From NCBI GenBank assembly GCA_030390025.1, contig JASTWF010000331.1:310001-374000 (forward strand): a stretch of 64,000 nucleotides of DNA. Reading direction: 5' to 3'. The stretch's first letter is position 1. Each line of letters opens with the position of its first letter. The notes beneath the pieces are model-generated. The model had not been told where the DNA came from and did not search any database. It saw nothing but the letters and a program-made list of their open reading frames with translations. The position numbers were made by a program, and so were the translations under genes. Positions 1 through 13,001 of the stretch are shown here, in pieces. Source of the DNA: Squalus acanthias (Eukaryota).

Positions 1-64
1 GACAGAGAGCGAGAGAGACAGAGAGAGGGAGAGGGAGAGGGAGAGGGAGACAGAGACCGAGAGA
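1..64. repeat. GA-rich microsatellite
   Basis: (GA)n/(GAGAGG)n run at the window start. Confidence 0.9.
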
Positions 65-87
65 ACTAGAGTAGTTTAGAATAGTTT

Positions 88-1266
88 AGATGGACTTCAG
101 TAAGGCTTTTGACAAAGTCCCGCATGGGAGACTGGTCAAGAAGGTAAGAGCCCATGGGATCCAGGGCAATTTGGCACATTGGATCCAAAATTGGCTTAGT
201 GGCAGGAGGCAGAGGGTAATGTTCGAAGGTTGTTTTTGTGACTGGAAGCCTGTGTCCAGTGGTGTACTGCAGGGATCGGTGCTGGGTCCCTTGCTGTTTG
301 TAGTGTACATTAATGATTTAGATATGAATGTAGGAGGTATGATCAGTATGTTCGCAGATGACCCGAAACTTCGTGGAGTGGAAAATATCGATGAGGGAAG
401 CCTCAGGCTACAGGAAGATATAGACGGGTTGGTCAGATGGGCAGAACAGTGGCAAATGGAATTTAAACCTGAAAAGTGTGAGGTGATGCATTTTGGGAAG
501 ACTAACAAGGCAAGGGACTACACAATGAATGGTAAGACCCGAGGAAGGACAGGAACCTTGGTGTGCATGTACATAGATCCCTGAAGGCAGCAGGAAAGGT
601 GGATAAGGTGGTTAAGAAGGCATATGGAATAGTTGCCTTCATTAGACGAGGCATAGAATAAAAGAGCAGGGAGGTTATCATGGAGCTGTACAAAACGCTG
701 GTTAGGCCACAGCTGGAATACTGTGTGCAGTTCTGGCCGCCACACTATAGGAGGGATGTGATTTCATTGGAGAGGGTGCAGAGGAGTTTCACCAGGATGT
801 TACCTGGTCTGGAGTGCTTCAGCTATGAAGAAAGACTGGGCTATGAAGAGAGACTGGACAGGCTGGGGTTGTTTCCTTAGAGCAGAGAAGGCTGAGGGGG
901 GACCTGATTGAGGTGTACAAAATTATGAGGGGGCATAGATAGAAATGAACTTTTCCCCTTAGTAGAGGGGTCAATAACCAGGGGCCATAATTTCAAGGCA
1001 AGGGGCAGGAGGTTTCGAGGGGATTTGAGGAAAAACTTTTTCAACCAGACGGTGGTTGGAATCTGGAACTCACTGCCTGAAAGGGTGGTAGAGGCAGGAA
1101 GCAATACTACATTCAAGAAGCATTTAGATGAGTACTTGAAACGCCACAGCATACAAGGCTACGGAACAGGTGCTGGAAAATGAGATTAGGATAGACAGGG
1201 CTTGATGGCCGGCACGGACACGATGGGCCGAAGGGCCTCTTTCTGTGCTGTATAACTCTATGACTC
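88..1266 (+). mobile_element. CR1 LINE, 5'-truncated 3' fragment (RT and tail), degenerate
   Basis: MDFSKAFDKVPH, QGSVLGPLLF, FADD and VRPQLEYCVQFW motifs with frameshifts; ends in a TATAACTCTATGACTC tail. Confidence 0.93.
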
Positions 1267-1525
1267 CGGATTACTACCAGTGGCATGTGCTAGTGAGTAC
1301 AGAAATAGGAAGGTAGAGCAGATGAATGCGTGGCTGGAGAGATGGTGTAGGGGGGGAGTGCTTTAGATTCCTGAGGCATTGGTTCCGTTTCTGGGGAAGG
1401 TGGGACCTCTACAAGCCAGACGGGTTGCACCTCAACGGGAACGGGACCACTCTCCTCTCGGGGAGTTTTGCTAGTGCTGTTGGGGAGGGTTTGAACGAGC
1501 TTGGCAGGGGGATGGGAACCTGAGG
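1265..1525 (+). mobile_element. CR1 ORF1 (SGNH esterase-like) C-terminal fragment
   Basis: SGLLPVACASEYRNRKVEQMNAWLERWC followed by (frameshift) FWGRWDLYKPDGLHLN, typical of CR1 ORF1. Confidence 0.8.
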
Positions 1526-1827
1526 GTAAAATCAGAAGGGAGAAAAGCGAAGCTGGAAATAGACGATAGGGGTTCAGATTGAAGATTAAACTATTACCGT
1601 GATTTGATTTAAATGGAAAGGAGGGATTCACAAGTGGAAGAATGTTGGTCTGAAGATTTCTGGGTTCATCTGAGAAAAATGAAGCAAATACAAGAGAATT
1701 AAAGTCTGTTCTGCATATTCTTACTGAGATTTGAATGAGCTTTAGGCCTGAGTTTCACTGTCTGTGTGCACAAGAGTGAAGGATTCCATCAAACAAAGAT
1801 TATAATTTAGATTCGAATGGATCACTT

Positions 1828-1960
1828 GGATGAGGGGGTTGTCCCATGAGGAGAGATTGAGTAGACTAGGGCTATATTCGCTAGAGTTTAGAAGAATGAG
1901 AGGTGATCTCATTGAAATGTATAAAATTCTTGATGAGCATGACATGGTAAATGCTGAGAG
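1828..1960 (+). mobile_element. CR1 ORF2 C-terminal fragment
   Basis: MRGLSHEERLSRLGLYSLEFRRMRGDLIEMYKIL. Confidence 0.85.
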
Positions 1961-3084
1961 GAAGTTAAAGTTAAACAGAACCTGCTCCAAAGACACAAGA
2001 GATGCAGAAGTGGAATGTGTGGTAACACCTTCTGCCTCATCAGGTCTGGAAACCATGTTTTTTTTTATATTCCACGATCTCCTGTCTTTACAATAAACAC
2101 TCAGCATCCTGTGTAGTTCAGAACAGATTAACAGATCACGAAAAGTATGTCCCTTGCCAGAGTGCTGCCCTGGGCCATCCATGGATTAGCATGTCAATGG
2201 ACAGGCCCCCTAGGGAGCAAAGCCAACATGTCAATGGCTGAAGGGGTAGAGTCTGCAATCTGCTGACCTTGGGGTGGGCGATTTCCCAGTCCCAATCCCT
2301 CCCCCTCCAGGAGAAGGGCCATCTCTCTCATTCTGCTGTGTGTGTTTGTTGTGCTGTGTGTAAATTATCTCTGTCTCAATCTTTAACTCCTTAGATTCTC
2401 TGGTTTCTAACCGCGGTTTGTTTGTAATGGGATGTTGCTGAGAGATTGTCTGTGTAACTGAGAGAGGGAGCCCTGGGCTCTTGCTGTGCTTTTATTTTCA
2501 TTGCTTTGTTTCTTAACCAATCTCTTTTCTCTCTCTCTTCTCCCAAGGATATTTATTATATTTGCAAAGCTGTAACACGATGCAGAGAGAGCGAGAGCGC
2601 TTTGTGACGAGGAATACCCGGGATAAGAGCTTCCTCCGCAGTGGACAATCCCAGGCCTTGGCCAGACGCTTCACCCAATGGGCCCACGTGAGTTTGGGTC
2701 TGTTTATTACCCCGGGCGTTCATTTTCTCTCGGGGAGCCTGGGATTCTGGGGCCTCGGGTTAACTTGTTCCTGCTGGATTGTGGACCTTGAGTTTTCAAC
2801 AGGTTTAAAGCCCCGGCCTTGCAAAGTGGCACAAACACGTTAACCCCTGGTGCGGGACAAAGAGGCCCCAAGAGGAAATTAAAGTCCTCAACGCGAACCC
2901 GTGTTATATTTCCACAATAATGCGCGTGTTTTGGGCAGGGCGATTAATTTGAGGGTTCAATGAGATGCGCGGCAGCCATTTTAATTCAGGTTACTGTGGT
3001 TCCGAGTGTGGATTTATTACAGTGTCTATTTCACTCCAGCTTTCTCTGTCTCTCTCCAGCTTTCTCTGTCTCTCTCTCTCCATC

Positions 3085-3198
3085 TTTCTCTTATGTGGCT
3101 CGATGTCAAATTTTGTTTTCTAACACTCCTGTGAAGCGCCCTGGGAGGTTTCACTACATTAAAGGCTCTATATAAATATAAGTTATTGTTGTTGTTAT
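3085..3198 (+). mobile_element. L2/SINE-type 3' tail fragment (second copy at about 4075-4183)
   Basis: GTGAAGCGCC..GGGA..TTT.ACTAC.TTAAAGGC.CTATATAAAT..AAGTT(GTT)n end motif. Confidence 0.65.
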
Positions 3199-3364
3199 TT
3201 CCCTCCCGCTTTCTCGTGCTCGCGCTCGCTCTCTCTGTTTTTGCAAAGCAACCACATTTTTCCACCTTAGCATATAAAAAAATGCCGCCCACAGCAATGG
3301 GATTTGTCGTGATTTTAAATGGTAGACAGAAACATTTCAGAGTACATTTCAATCAAGATTAAAG

Positions 3365-3750
3365 CTGAGATAGAGGGAAAGAAACAGAGAGAGAGGGAGT
3401 GAAAGAAAAAGATCAGAGATGGGGAGCTAGATAGGAACAGAGAGAGAGGGAGCGAGAACACGAGAGGGAGAGAGAGAGAGGAACAGAGAGAGAGAGAGAG
3501 AAGTAGATTGAACAAGAGAGGGAGAGATGGGGAGAGAACAAGAGAGGGAGAGAGAGAGGGAGGGACAGCGAGAGAGAGAGAGAGAGGGAGAGAGAACAAG
3601 AGAGGGAGAGAGAGAGAGAGGGACAGCGAGAGAGAGAGAGAGAGAGGGACAGAGAGAGAGAGAGGGACAGAGAGAGAGAGAGAGGGAGAGAAGAAGAGAG
3701 GGAGAGATGGGGAGAGAGAGAGAGAGAGACAGCGAGAGAGAGAGGGACGC
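3365..3750. repeat. GA-rich compound microsatellite
   Basis: Purine-rich (GA)n tract; source of the SLSL/RERE ORFs. Confidence 0.9.
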
Positions 3751-4809
3751 AGACGGAGGTGACTGTTAAATGCCAGAAGTGGGAGATGCACTGGAACATT
3801 GAATGTACGCACAGCACCAATTCTGGGCCGAGCAGATACTGGGGGGGCAGGGAGAGGGAGAGGCACGGCGATCGCCAGCGTTTGTGTTTACATAATGAGG
3901 CAGGCGGCGACTTTAATATGTGTCCCAAAGGAATCCCTGTTTAAAGAGAGGTTCGCACTTTCTGGGGAGTGAGGGGAGGTCCCCAGGCTTGGAATACACA
4001 CCGGGGGCGGGCTACAGCGGACGCTCCTTCAAACAACCCTCCTTGACCAAGCTTTTGCTCACCTGCCCTAATTTCTCCTTATGTGGCTCGCTGTCAAATT
4101 TTTTGGTCATACAATACTCCTGTGCAGCGCCTTGGGACGTTTTACTACGTTAAAGGCGCTATATAATTACAAGTTGTTGTTGTCTCTATTTCTCTCCTCT
4201 TTCCCTGTGTCTCTCCCTCTTTGACTTTCTCAATTTCTCGATTTAGCCCTTTAACAAGTAAAAATGGCGCCCACAGCAATGTGATTTGTCGTTATTATAA
4301 ATGGTGAGCCAGAAACATTTCAGAGTAAATTTCAAACAAGATTAAATCTCAGATTGGGAGAAATAAAAGTGGGAGAAAGAAAGAGAGACAGAAACAGGGA
4401 GAGAGAGTCAGAGGGAGAGAGACAGCGAGAGTTGACTGGGGTTAAACACACAGGGAGAGACAGGCTTTGGGGGGTGGGGTCCAGTGTGTCGTCACTGCCC
4501 CGCTCCCAGCCTCTGCAGACAAGACCCTCTGTTACACCCTTCCAGAATCTCAAGATTCAAAAGTTATTCCCGGGATGGTGATTTTAACAAGTGTCCCAAA
4601 GGAATCAGCAGCTTAATCCCGGTTTAAAGAGAGTTTCGCACTATCTGGGGAATGAGGGGATGTCCCCAGGCTTGGCACACACACCCCGTGTGGACAGAGA
4701 TAGGGACAGGGAGAAGGAGAGAGAAATATAAATACACTGGAATATAAATGCACGCACACTGAAATTTACACAGGTACACAGAAAATATACACGCAAACTG
4801 AAATATACA

Positions 4810-5790
4810 CTGAGGAGAAATTTCTTCACCCAAGTGGTTGTGAATAATTGGAATTCTTTACCCAGAGGACTGCGGAGAAAATAATCAGAGAAAGGATAAA
4901 TGATTAGGTAAAATTAAAGGATCTTTATCTGAATGCACGCAGCATTCGTAACAAGATGGACGAGGTGACGGCACAAATAGAAATAAATGGGTATGATAGG
5001 CAGAAAGGAAAAGGAGGTGGGGTAGCTCTGTTAATAAAGGATGAGATCAGTGCAGTGGTGAGGAAAGATATTGGCTCAGAAGCTCAAGATGTAGAATCAG
5101 TTTGGGTGGAGATAAGAAATAGTAAGGGTAAGAAGTCACTGGTGGGAGTAGTATACAGGCCCCCTGACAGCAGCTATACTGGGGGCTTGTAAGAAAGGTA
5201 CTGTAATAATCATGGGCGATTTTAATCATCATATAGATTGGACAAATCAAATTGGCAAGGGGTAGCCTTGAGGACGAGTTCACAGAGTGTATTCGAGATG
5301 GTTTCTTAGAGCAATACGTTGAGGAACCAATCAGGGAGCAGGCTATTTTAGATCTGGTAATGTTTAATGGGACAGGATTAATTAATGATCTCATAGTAAA
5401 GGATCCCCTCGGAAAGAGTGATCGTAGCATGGTAGAATTTCAAATTCAGTTTGAGGGTGAGAAACTTTGGTCTGAAACTCGTGTCCTGAACTGAAATAAA
5501 AGGCAATTACAAGGGTATGAGGACAGAGTTGGCTTAAGTGGACTGGGAAAATAGATTAAAGGGTAAGACGGTAGATCAGCAGTGGCAGACACTTAAGGAC
5601 ATATCTCAAATCTCAGCAGAGATATATTCCAGTGAGAAAGAAAGGCTCTACGAGAAGGATGCACCGTCCGTGGCTAACTAAGGAAGTTAAGGATGGTATC
5701 AAATTGAAAGAAAAGGCAGACAATGTTGCGAAGATTAGTGTTAGGCCAGAGGATTGGGAAATGTTTAGAAACCAGTAAAGGATGACAAAT
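4810..5790 (+). mobile_element. CR1 fragments (short 3' piece, then ORF2 APE endonuclease), degenerate
   Basis: YLNARSIRNK, GGGVALLIK, LVGVVYRPP, IMGDFN and ILDLV..DPLGKSD motifs with deletions. Confidence 0.88.
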
Positions 5791-6119
5791 CAGCAAAAAA
5801 AAATACACTCACAATTTCCTTGGTCAGAGCTGTGTGTTTTTTTAATTCATTGTTTGCTTTGTTTTAATCAATTTTCATTTCTCTCTCTCTCTCTCCAGAA
5901 GCTGCAACGTGACGATGCAGAGAGAATGTGTTTTGGGAGCTGGAATCCTTGGAGAAGAGCTTCCTTCAGAGGGGAGTGACTGAGGCCCCTCAGCACAGGC
6001 TGTCCCCAATGTGTCTGTTTAACACCCCGGGGATTCATTTCCATCGCTTACTCCCCCAACCGCCCAATGTAACTTGTACATATTTCTGCAACACCCTCTC
6101 TCTCTCTCTACCTCTGTAG

Positions 6120-7395
6120 AAAAGGCGCTTAAGATGGCATACTAGATACTTTCCTTTATTAGCCGAGGAATATGGAATACAAGAGCAGGGAGGTTATGCT
6201 GGAACTGTATCAAACACTAACTAGGCCGCAGTTAGAATACTGTGTACAGTTCTGGTCACATTACAGGAAAGATGCGATTACTCTAGAGAGGGTAGAGAGG
6301 AGATTTACGGCACAGACACGATGGGCCGAAAATAGGAGGTGATTTTAACTACCCCAATATTAACAGGGATAACATTAGCGTAAAGTGTATAGAGGGTGCG
6401 GATTTCCTAAAAGGCATCCAGGAGAACTTTTTTAGCCAGTATGTAGCAAGCCCAACAAGGGAGGGGGCAGTTCTGGACTTAGTTTCAGGGAATGAAGCTG
6501 GGCAGGTAGAAGGCATATCAGTGGGGGAGCATGTTGGTGCTAGTGACCATAATTCTGTTAGATTTAAGGTAGTTATGGAAAAGGACAATGACAGACCAGG
6601 AATAAAAATTCTAAATTGGGGAAAGCAAATTTTGCTCAGCTCAGAGGGGATTTAGCCATAGTGGACTGGAAACAGCTACTTGAAGGTAAATCAGTGTCAG
6701 AGCAGTGGGAGCCATTCAAGGAGGAGATCTGGAGAGTTCAGAGCAAACATGTGCCCTTAAAGAAATAAGGTGGGACTAACAAATCTAGAGTCCTGGATGT
6801 CTAGAGACATAAAGGGTAGGATAAAGAAAAAAAAGGGAGGCGTATGACAGATACCGAGGGCTAAATACTGCAGAATATTTAGAGGAATACAGAAAGTGCA
6901 GGGGTGCAATTAAAAAGGATATAAGGAAAGCAAAGAGAGAGCATGAAAAATTCTTGGCAAGTAAAATCAAGGAAAACCCAAAGATGTTTTATGAATATAT
7001 TAAGAGTAAGAGGATAACTTAAGAAAGGGTAGGGACTATTAGAGATCATGAGAGTAATTAATCTGTGTGTGGAGGCAGGAGATGTCAGTAGGGTTCTTGA
7101 TGAATACTTTGCATCTGTTAAGCGAAGCAAAAGAGGAAATAGCAGAGGCTCTGACCATCATTTTCCAATCCTCTCTGGCTTCAGGTGTGGTGCCAGAGGA
7201 CTGCTAATGTGGTACCCGATGTTTAAAGAGGGAGAAACGGATAGACCGAGTAATTACAGGCCAGTCAGTGGTGGGAAAATTATTGGAAAGAATTCTGAAG
7301 GACAGGATAAATCTTAATTTATAAAGACACGGATTTATCAAGGATCGTCAGCATGGATTGGTGGGATAGGCTCGAAGGGGTGAATAGCCTCCTAC
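6120..7395 (+). mobile_element. Mosaic of degenerate CR1 ORF2 fragments
   Basis: RPQLEYCVQFW, GDFNYP, PTREGAVLDLV, SDHNS and NYRPVS motifs joined by deletions. Confidence 0.85.
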
Positions 7396-7714
7396 ATCAA
7401 CCAATGTTTGTGTCTCTCTTCTCTGTTCAGGGGTCAGAGACACCCAGCTCAGGTTTTGATTCCCTGTAAACTGATGGGGGAGGGGGGGAACACCTTCCTG
7501 CAGTGAGGAATACATTTAGAGCTGGGATCGTACTGTGCACAAAGGTTGGGAATGCCAGTCAGCCTCTGCATGTCTCCATCTCTTGCTCCACTTCTGCCCC
7601 TCTGATCTCGAATGCCCCCCATCTCAGTCTCTCTCCTCCTGTATCCCCAGGCTTCTCAATCTCTCTCCAATTAGGTTCCAGACACTCATTATACAGCCAC
7701 CGAGTGAGCGGCGA

Positions 7715-9420
7715 GAGACATTTTGTGCTTGGTGTGGAGGGGCAGCCATTTTGTGCTTGGTGCGGGGGGGGGGGGGGGGGGCGGTGCAGCCATTTGTGTT
7801 CGGTGCGGGGGAGTGTTTTACAGAGTTTGTGTTTATCTGGACATGAATTAAACCAAATTAAAGAGGGTCGTGAGTTGGAGCCACACCAGGTAAGTGAGTC
7901 ACACAAGGGGCAAAATAGAGTTTCACCAGCAGTGGGGAGGGAGATTGACAGGGCGGGGGGGGGGGCATTATACATGGATGGAGATATATGGGGGTCTTCT
8001 ATAGGGAGCTGTGGAGTTTCACCAAGGGGCAGGAGGGAAGGAGTTTCACAGAGAGGGAGAGATACAGGGGGGAGTGCACAGTCGAGATGGCTGAATTATA
8101 CAGGGGGAGTATTGTACAGGAGTGGCATACGGATGGGTTATACAGTGGGGGGGGAGGGAGGAGATTATACTGGGGCGGTGACGGGGAATTATACGTGGGT
8201 GGGTGGAGGAGATAAGCGTGGGGGGATGGAATTAAATGGGGCTATTCTACAACTGGCTGGGTGGAATTCACAGGGTGATTAAAAGGGGCATTTCATAGCG
8301 GGGGAAATTGTACACGGAGATTAAACGGAGAATAGCAGTGGGGAATTTTACGGGGGGAGCTTCACAAGGGGATGTAATATACAGCGCTATTATACCGGGG
8401 GAGGGTGGGGTTAAATAGGGTGTAGTATACCAGGGGGTAGGGGTGGAAGATTCACACGAGTGTAGTATAGACCAGTGGTGTGGGTGTTTCAACAGAGCGC
8501 AGCTTCACCCGGTGTATTATACGGTGGGTGGAGAGAGTGTTTCACGGGGGGGTTATATAGGGTGGAGGAGTTTCATGGGGATATTATACAGGCCACAGGA
8601 TATGGGAAGATGGAGATATATGGTGGGGGGGAGAGAATTAGACAGTGGAGGGGAGGACATAACAGGCAATAAAAAAGGGCAGTTCACTGGGCTGGAGTTA
8701 GGATAAACAGGATATACAGGGGCGGGGATTAGACAGCGGAGGGGAGGAATTAGCAGGGGCAATGAAAAGGGGCAGTTGACAGGGCTGGAGGTAGGAAGAA
8801 ACAACGTTTGGTGCGGGGGCAACCATTTTGTGCTCGGTGCGGTGAGGCAGCCATGTTGTGCTCGGTGCGGTGAGGCAGCCATTTTGTGCTCGGTGCGGTG
8901 AGGAAGCCATTTTGTGCTCGGTGCGGCAGGGGGGCAGCCATCTTGACTCGTGCGGTGGGGGGCAACCATTTTGTGCTCGGTGCGGAGATGCAGCCATTTT
9001 GTACTCGGTGCGGGAGGGGGCAGCCATTTTGTGCTCAGTCTGGGGGCAGCCATTTTGTGCACGGTTTGGGGGGAGTGTTTTACAGAGTTTGTGTTTATCT
9101 GGACATGAATTAAACCAAATTGAAGAGGATCGTGAGTCGGAGCCATACCAGGTAAGTGAGTCAAACAAGGGATAAAATAGAGTTTCACCAGCAGTGGGGA
9201 GGGAGATTGACAGGGCGGGGGGTGCATTATACATGGATGAAGCTTTATGGGGGTCTTCTACAGGGGGCTGTGGAGTTTCACCAAGGGGCAGGAGGGAAAG
9301 TGTTTCACAGAGAGGGAGAGATACAGGGGGGAGTGTACAGGGAAATGGCTGAATTATACAGGGGGAGTTATTGTACAGGAATTATACAGGGGGAGGGCAG
9401 GAGATAAGCGAGGGGAATTA
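7715..9420. repeat. Direct duplication (about 7715-8120 and 8810-9420) within a G-rich low-complexity region
   Basis: GGGAGTGTTTTACAGAGTTTGTGTTTATCTGGACATGAATTAAACCAAATT...CCAGGTAAGTGAGTCA present twice. Confidence 0.85.
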
Positions 9421-9769
9421 TGCCAGTGGGGGGAATTCACACAGCGACTAAACGGGGCATTTCAAAGCGGGGGAAATTATTGGTGGAGAGTTTCATGGTG
9501 GGGGCAGCTTCACGAGGGTGAAATCTGCAGGGGTATTATAGGGGGCTTGGGCGGGTTTAAGGGGGTGTAATATAGGGGGGAGTCAGAGAGCTATAGTTAT
9601 GGGGGCATTATACAGGGCATAGTGTGAGGGGGTTGGAGATAACGGGTGGGATTAGAGTGCCACAGAGGGGGGGGAGCAAAACATGGGGGGAGCAAAACAG
9701 GGGGGGGGGGAAACAGGGGGGGAGCAAAACAGGTGGGGGCTAAACAGGGGGGGCAAAACACGGTCCGAA

Positions 9770-10790
9770 ATTGGCTCTGTGACAGAGAGTACTGGTGAGC
9801 GGTTGTTTTTCAGACTGGAGGAAAGTATGCAGTGGTGTTCCCCAGGGGCCGGTACCAGGGCCACTGCTTTACTTGATATATATTCATGACTTGGACTTTC
9901 AAAATTTGCAGATGAAAGAAAACTTGGAAGAATAGTGAACAGTAAGGAGTATAGTGATAGACTTCAAGAAGACATAGACAGGCTGAGTGAATCGGTGGAC
10001 ACCTGGCAGATGAAATTTAACGCAGAAATGTGCAAATGATTCATTTCGATAGGAAGAATGAAAAGAGGCAATATAAACTAAAGGTACAATTCTGAAGGGG
10101 GTGCATGATCAGAGCAACCTGGGGTTATATGTGCACAAATCGTTGAAGGTGGCAGGGTAGGTTGAGAAAGCAGGATCCTGGGCTTCATAAATAGAGGCAT
10201 AGAGTAGAAAAGCACGGAAGTTATGATGAACCTTTACCAAACACTATTTCGGTCTCAACTGCAGCATTGTGTCCAATTCATGGCACCGCACTTTAGGAAG
10301 GATGTGAAGGCCTCAGTGAGGATGCAGAAAAGATTTACAAGAATGGTTCCAGGTATGAGGGACTTCAGTTACATGGATAGCCTGGAGAAGCTGGGGTTGT
10401 TCTCCTTAAAGCAGTGAAGTTTGAGAGGAGATTTGATAGATGTGTTCAAAATGATGAGGTGTATTGTCAGAGTAGATAGAGGGAAACTGTGCCCATTGGC
10501 GGAAGAGTCGCGAACCAGAGGACACAGCTTTAAGGTGATTGGCAGAAGAACCAAAGACGACATGAGGAAAAAAATATAATGCAACGAGTGGTTATGATCT
10601 GGAATTTTCTGCCTGAAAAGGTGGTGGAGACAGATTCAATCGTGGCTTTCAAAAGGGAATTGCATAAGTACGTGAAGTAAAAATGATCAGGGCTACGGGG
10701 ACAGGGAAGGGGAGTGGGTCTCGTTGAAGTTCTCTTGCAGATAGCTGGCACGGCCCCTACAGGTCGAATGGCCTCCTTCTATGCGGTAAA
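9770..10790 (+). mobile_element. CR1 LINE 3' fragment, degenerate
   Basis: KFAD, WQMKFN, QLQHCVQF and LEKLGLFSL motifs plus a CR1-type tail. Confidence 0.88.
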
Positions 10791-10799
10791 TTTATATAA

Positions 10800-10980
10800 T
10801 TTTATTATTGTCCTTTGCAATGGAATAGCACTTTACAATCTAATAGATCTTTTCAATATAATAGTCCTTTACAATGGAATAGCAACTTGCAACATAATAG
10901 TCCTTTGCCATGAAATAGCACCTTGCAATGGAATAGTTCTTTGCAATGGAATAACACTTTGCAGTATAATTGCTCATTGC
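10800..10980. repeat. Degenerate ~18-bp minisatellite (CTTTGCAATGGAATAGCA-like)
   Basis: About 10 diverged copies. Confidence 0.7.
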
Positions 10981-11259
10981 GGTGGACTGTGATTTAAATG
11001 GGCACCACTTGTGTTGCAGGATGGGGTCTCGCCCGCTGCTTTGTGCCATTGTCTGCAGCCGCTCACAGGCTGTGCTGCTGCTCACACATACCCAGGGAGG
11101 CAGCACATGGTGCAGGAAGGAAGGAAGGAAGGAATGGCGGCTGCAGCTCGCCAGCTTGGCTCCTGTTGTGAGTGAGCGAAAGTGGAGCTCAGGACCAAAA
11201 GGGGCTGGGGGATTGGAGGGGGTGAAATGCATGTAGGGGGTGATTGACGCCCCAAGAGA

Positions 11260-12735
11260 TGGGCATGGAGGGAGGGAGAAAAGAAGCAAATAAAAACAAG
11301 AATAAATAATAGTAATAATAACATATGTTCTTTACTTCTGTAAATGAAATGACTGCATCCTGTGATTTGAGTGGAGTGGAATAAAATGAATGGAAAGATC
11401 CCACAGCAGCTTTTGCTCTGAAAACACTCCATAAACATTCCCCAACAGAGCCCAGTCCAGAAAAAAAACAATTGGATTATTCTGAAAACAATAATAAAAT
11501 AAATATAATATATATATACTTTGTTTTTACAGAAGTCTTGCCTTGTCTTAGTTGGGTTGGGAATTAAAGGCAGAGTAAGGTCCCACAGCAGGATATGCTC
11601 TGACACTTCCCACAAACATTCCACGATAAAGTCCAGTCAAGAAAAAATTCAAATGGCTTTTTGTGTATATGTAGCTTTGATTTTTACAAGTATTGAAAGA
11701 ACGGCAAAGTAAGATCCCACAGCAGTGCAGTCTGGAATGAAATCAGTATGATCCAATGGTGTATATTTTCTGTTTTTTCAGATATGAGATGCAGTACCAA
11801 TGCACACGGCAGATAAATTGAACACAGACAAGCCCTGCTTACACACCAGCTTTTGCTCTCGGTCTCTCTCTCACACACACACATTCACACAAACACAGGC
11901 CAGCCTGCAAAATTGCCACACAACACTGTCAGCAATGAAAGAAAGTTGATTTCTCTCATTGCTCTGCTGTGTTTGGCAGTTTAAAAGTAGAAAAAAACAC
12001 TTTCCTTATCTTAATTTTTCATTTTGCGGCCTACAGAATTAGGCTTTCTATTCTGCATCAAAAGCAAAATACTGTGGATGCTGGAAATCTGAAATTAAAA
12101 CAGAAAATGCTGCAAATACTCAGCAGGTCAGGCAGCATCTGTGGAGAGAGAGAGAAACAGAGTTAATTCAGCTTGATGACCTTTTGTCAGATTCTGGCAA
12201 GTTTCTGATGACAGGTCATCGAACTGGAACGTTAACTATGTTTCTCCCTCTCTCCACAGACGCTGCCTGACCTGCTGAGTATTTACAGCATTTTCTGTTT
12301 TGATTTCTATTCTGCCTGTTGTCTTAATTCATATGTCTCTCTCATTGCCTGCCTGCCTTGTCTTGATTTGAGTGGAGTGGAATAAAAAAAATGCAAAGAT
12401 CCCAGAGCAGTTTTTATTGTCAGACTGTCCACAAAAGACATGTTTCAGTATCTCACTGACTGACTGTCTGTCTTGAAGTGAAGTGAAGTGAAATAAAGTG
12501 CAATAAAGTGACTCACAACAGCATTACCTGTGGACCAGGCAAGAATGAAATCAATCGGGTTTAATAAAACAACAGCAGTTAATAAGACAGCAGTCCACAT
12601 CTCACACAAACACCAGCTTTTGCTCTCTCCTTCTCTCTCTCTCATTCACACACACAAACACACACCCTGGCCAGCCTTCAGAGGAATCAATGCCGTGTTG
12701 GAAAATTAAAACCAAAAATACACTTTTCTGCATCT
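11260..12735. repeat. First (more diverged) copy of the ~1.8-1.9-kb macrosatellite unit
   Basis: Colinear with the units at 22412-36480; cut off by the Gypsy LTR at 12736. Confidence 0.85.
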
Positions 12736-12962
12736 TGTGGCGGATCACCACGTATAACGAGCATAATCCACTCTTCCCATCTGTGGACAAATTTCCAGCC
12801 CCTTCCCTTTAAGGCAGAAGGGGGCGGGGCCTCAGGTTTTACCCAGAGAATTCTGGGAGCTTTTCAGTCTCAGCCATTTTGAGTGCCATGCAGTGAATTA
12901 AAGTTTCTTGTTTTCCACATTTGGATTCAGCCTCCATTCATGTTTCGCGGCAGCCTCAACAT

Positions 12963-12976
12963 TGGTGACCCCGACG
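12963..12976 (+). promoter_or_regulatory. Primer binding site, tRNA-Trp
   Basis: TGGTGACCCCGACG, 1 nt after the 5' LTR; complementary to the vertebrate tRNA-Trp 3' end. Confidence 0.9.
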
Positions 12977-13001
12977 CTCAGAAAGTATTCCGAGCACTGC
13001 A

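Noticed and set aside
3315..3928. SLSL/RERE ORFs
   Set aside because: GA microsatellite
7503..9889. Gly-rich and HKMAA-repeat ORFs
   Set aside because: G-rich low complexity and minisatellite; no recognisable domain
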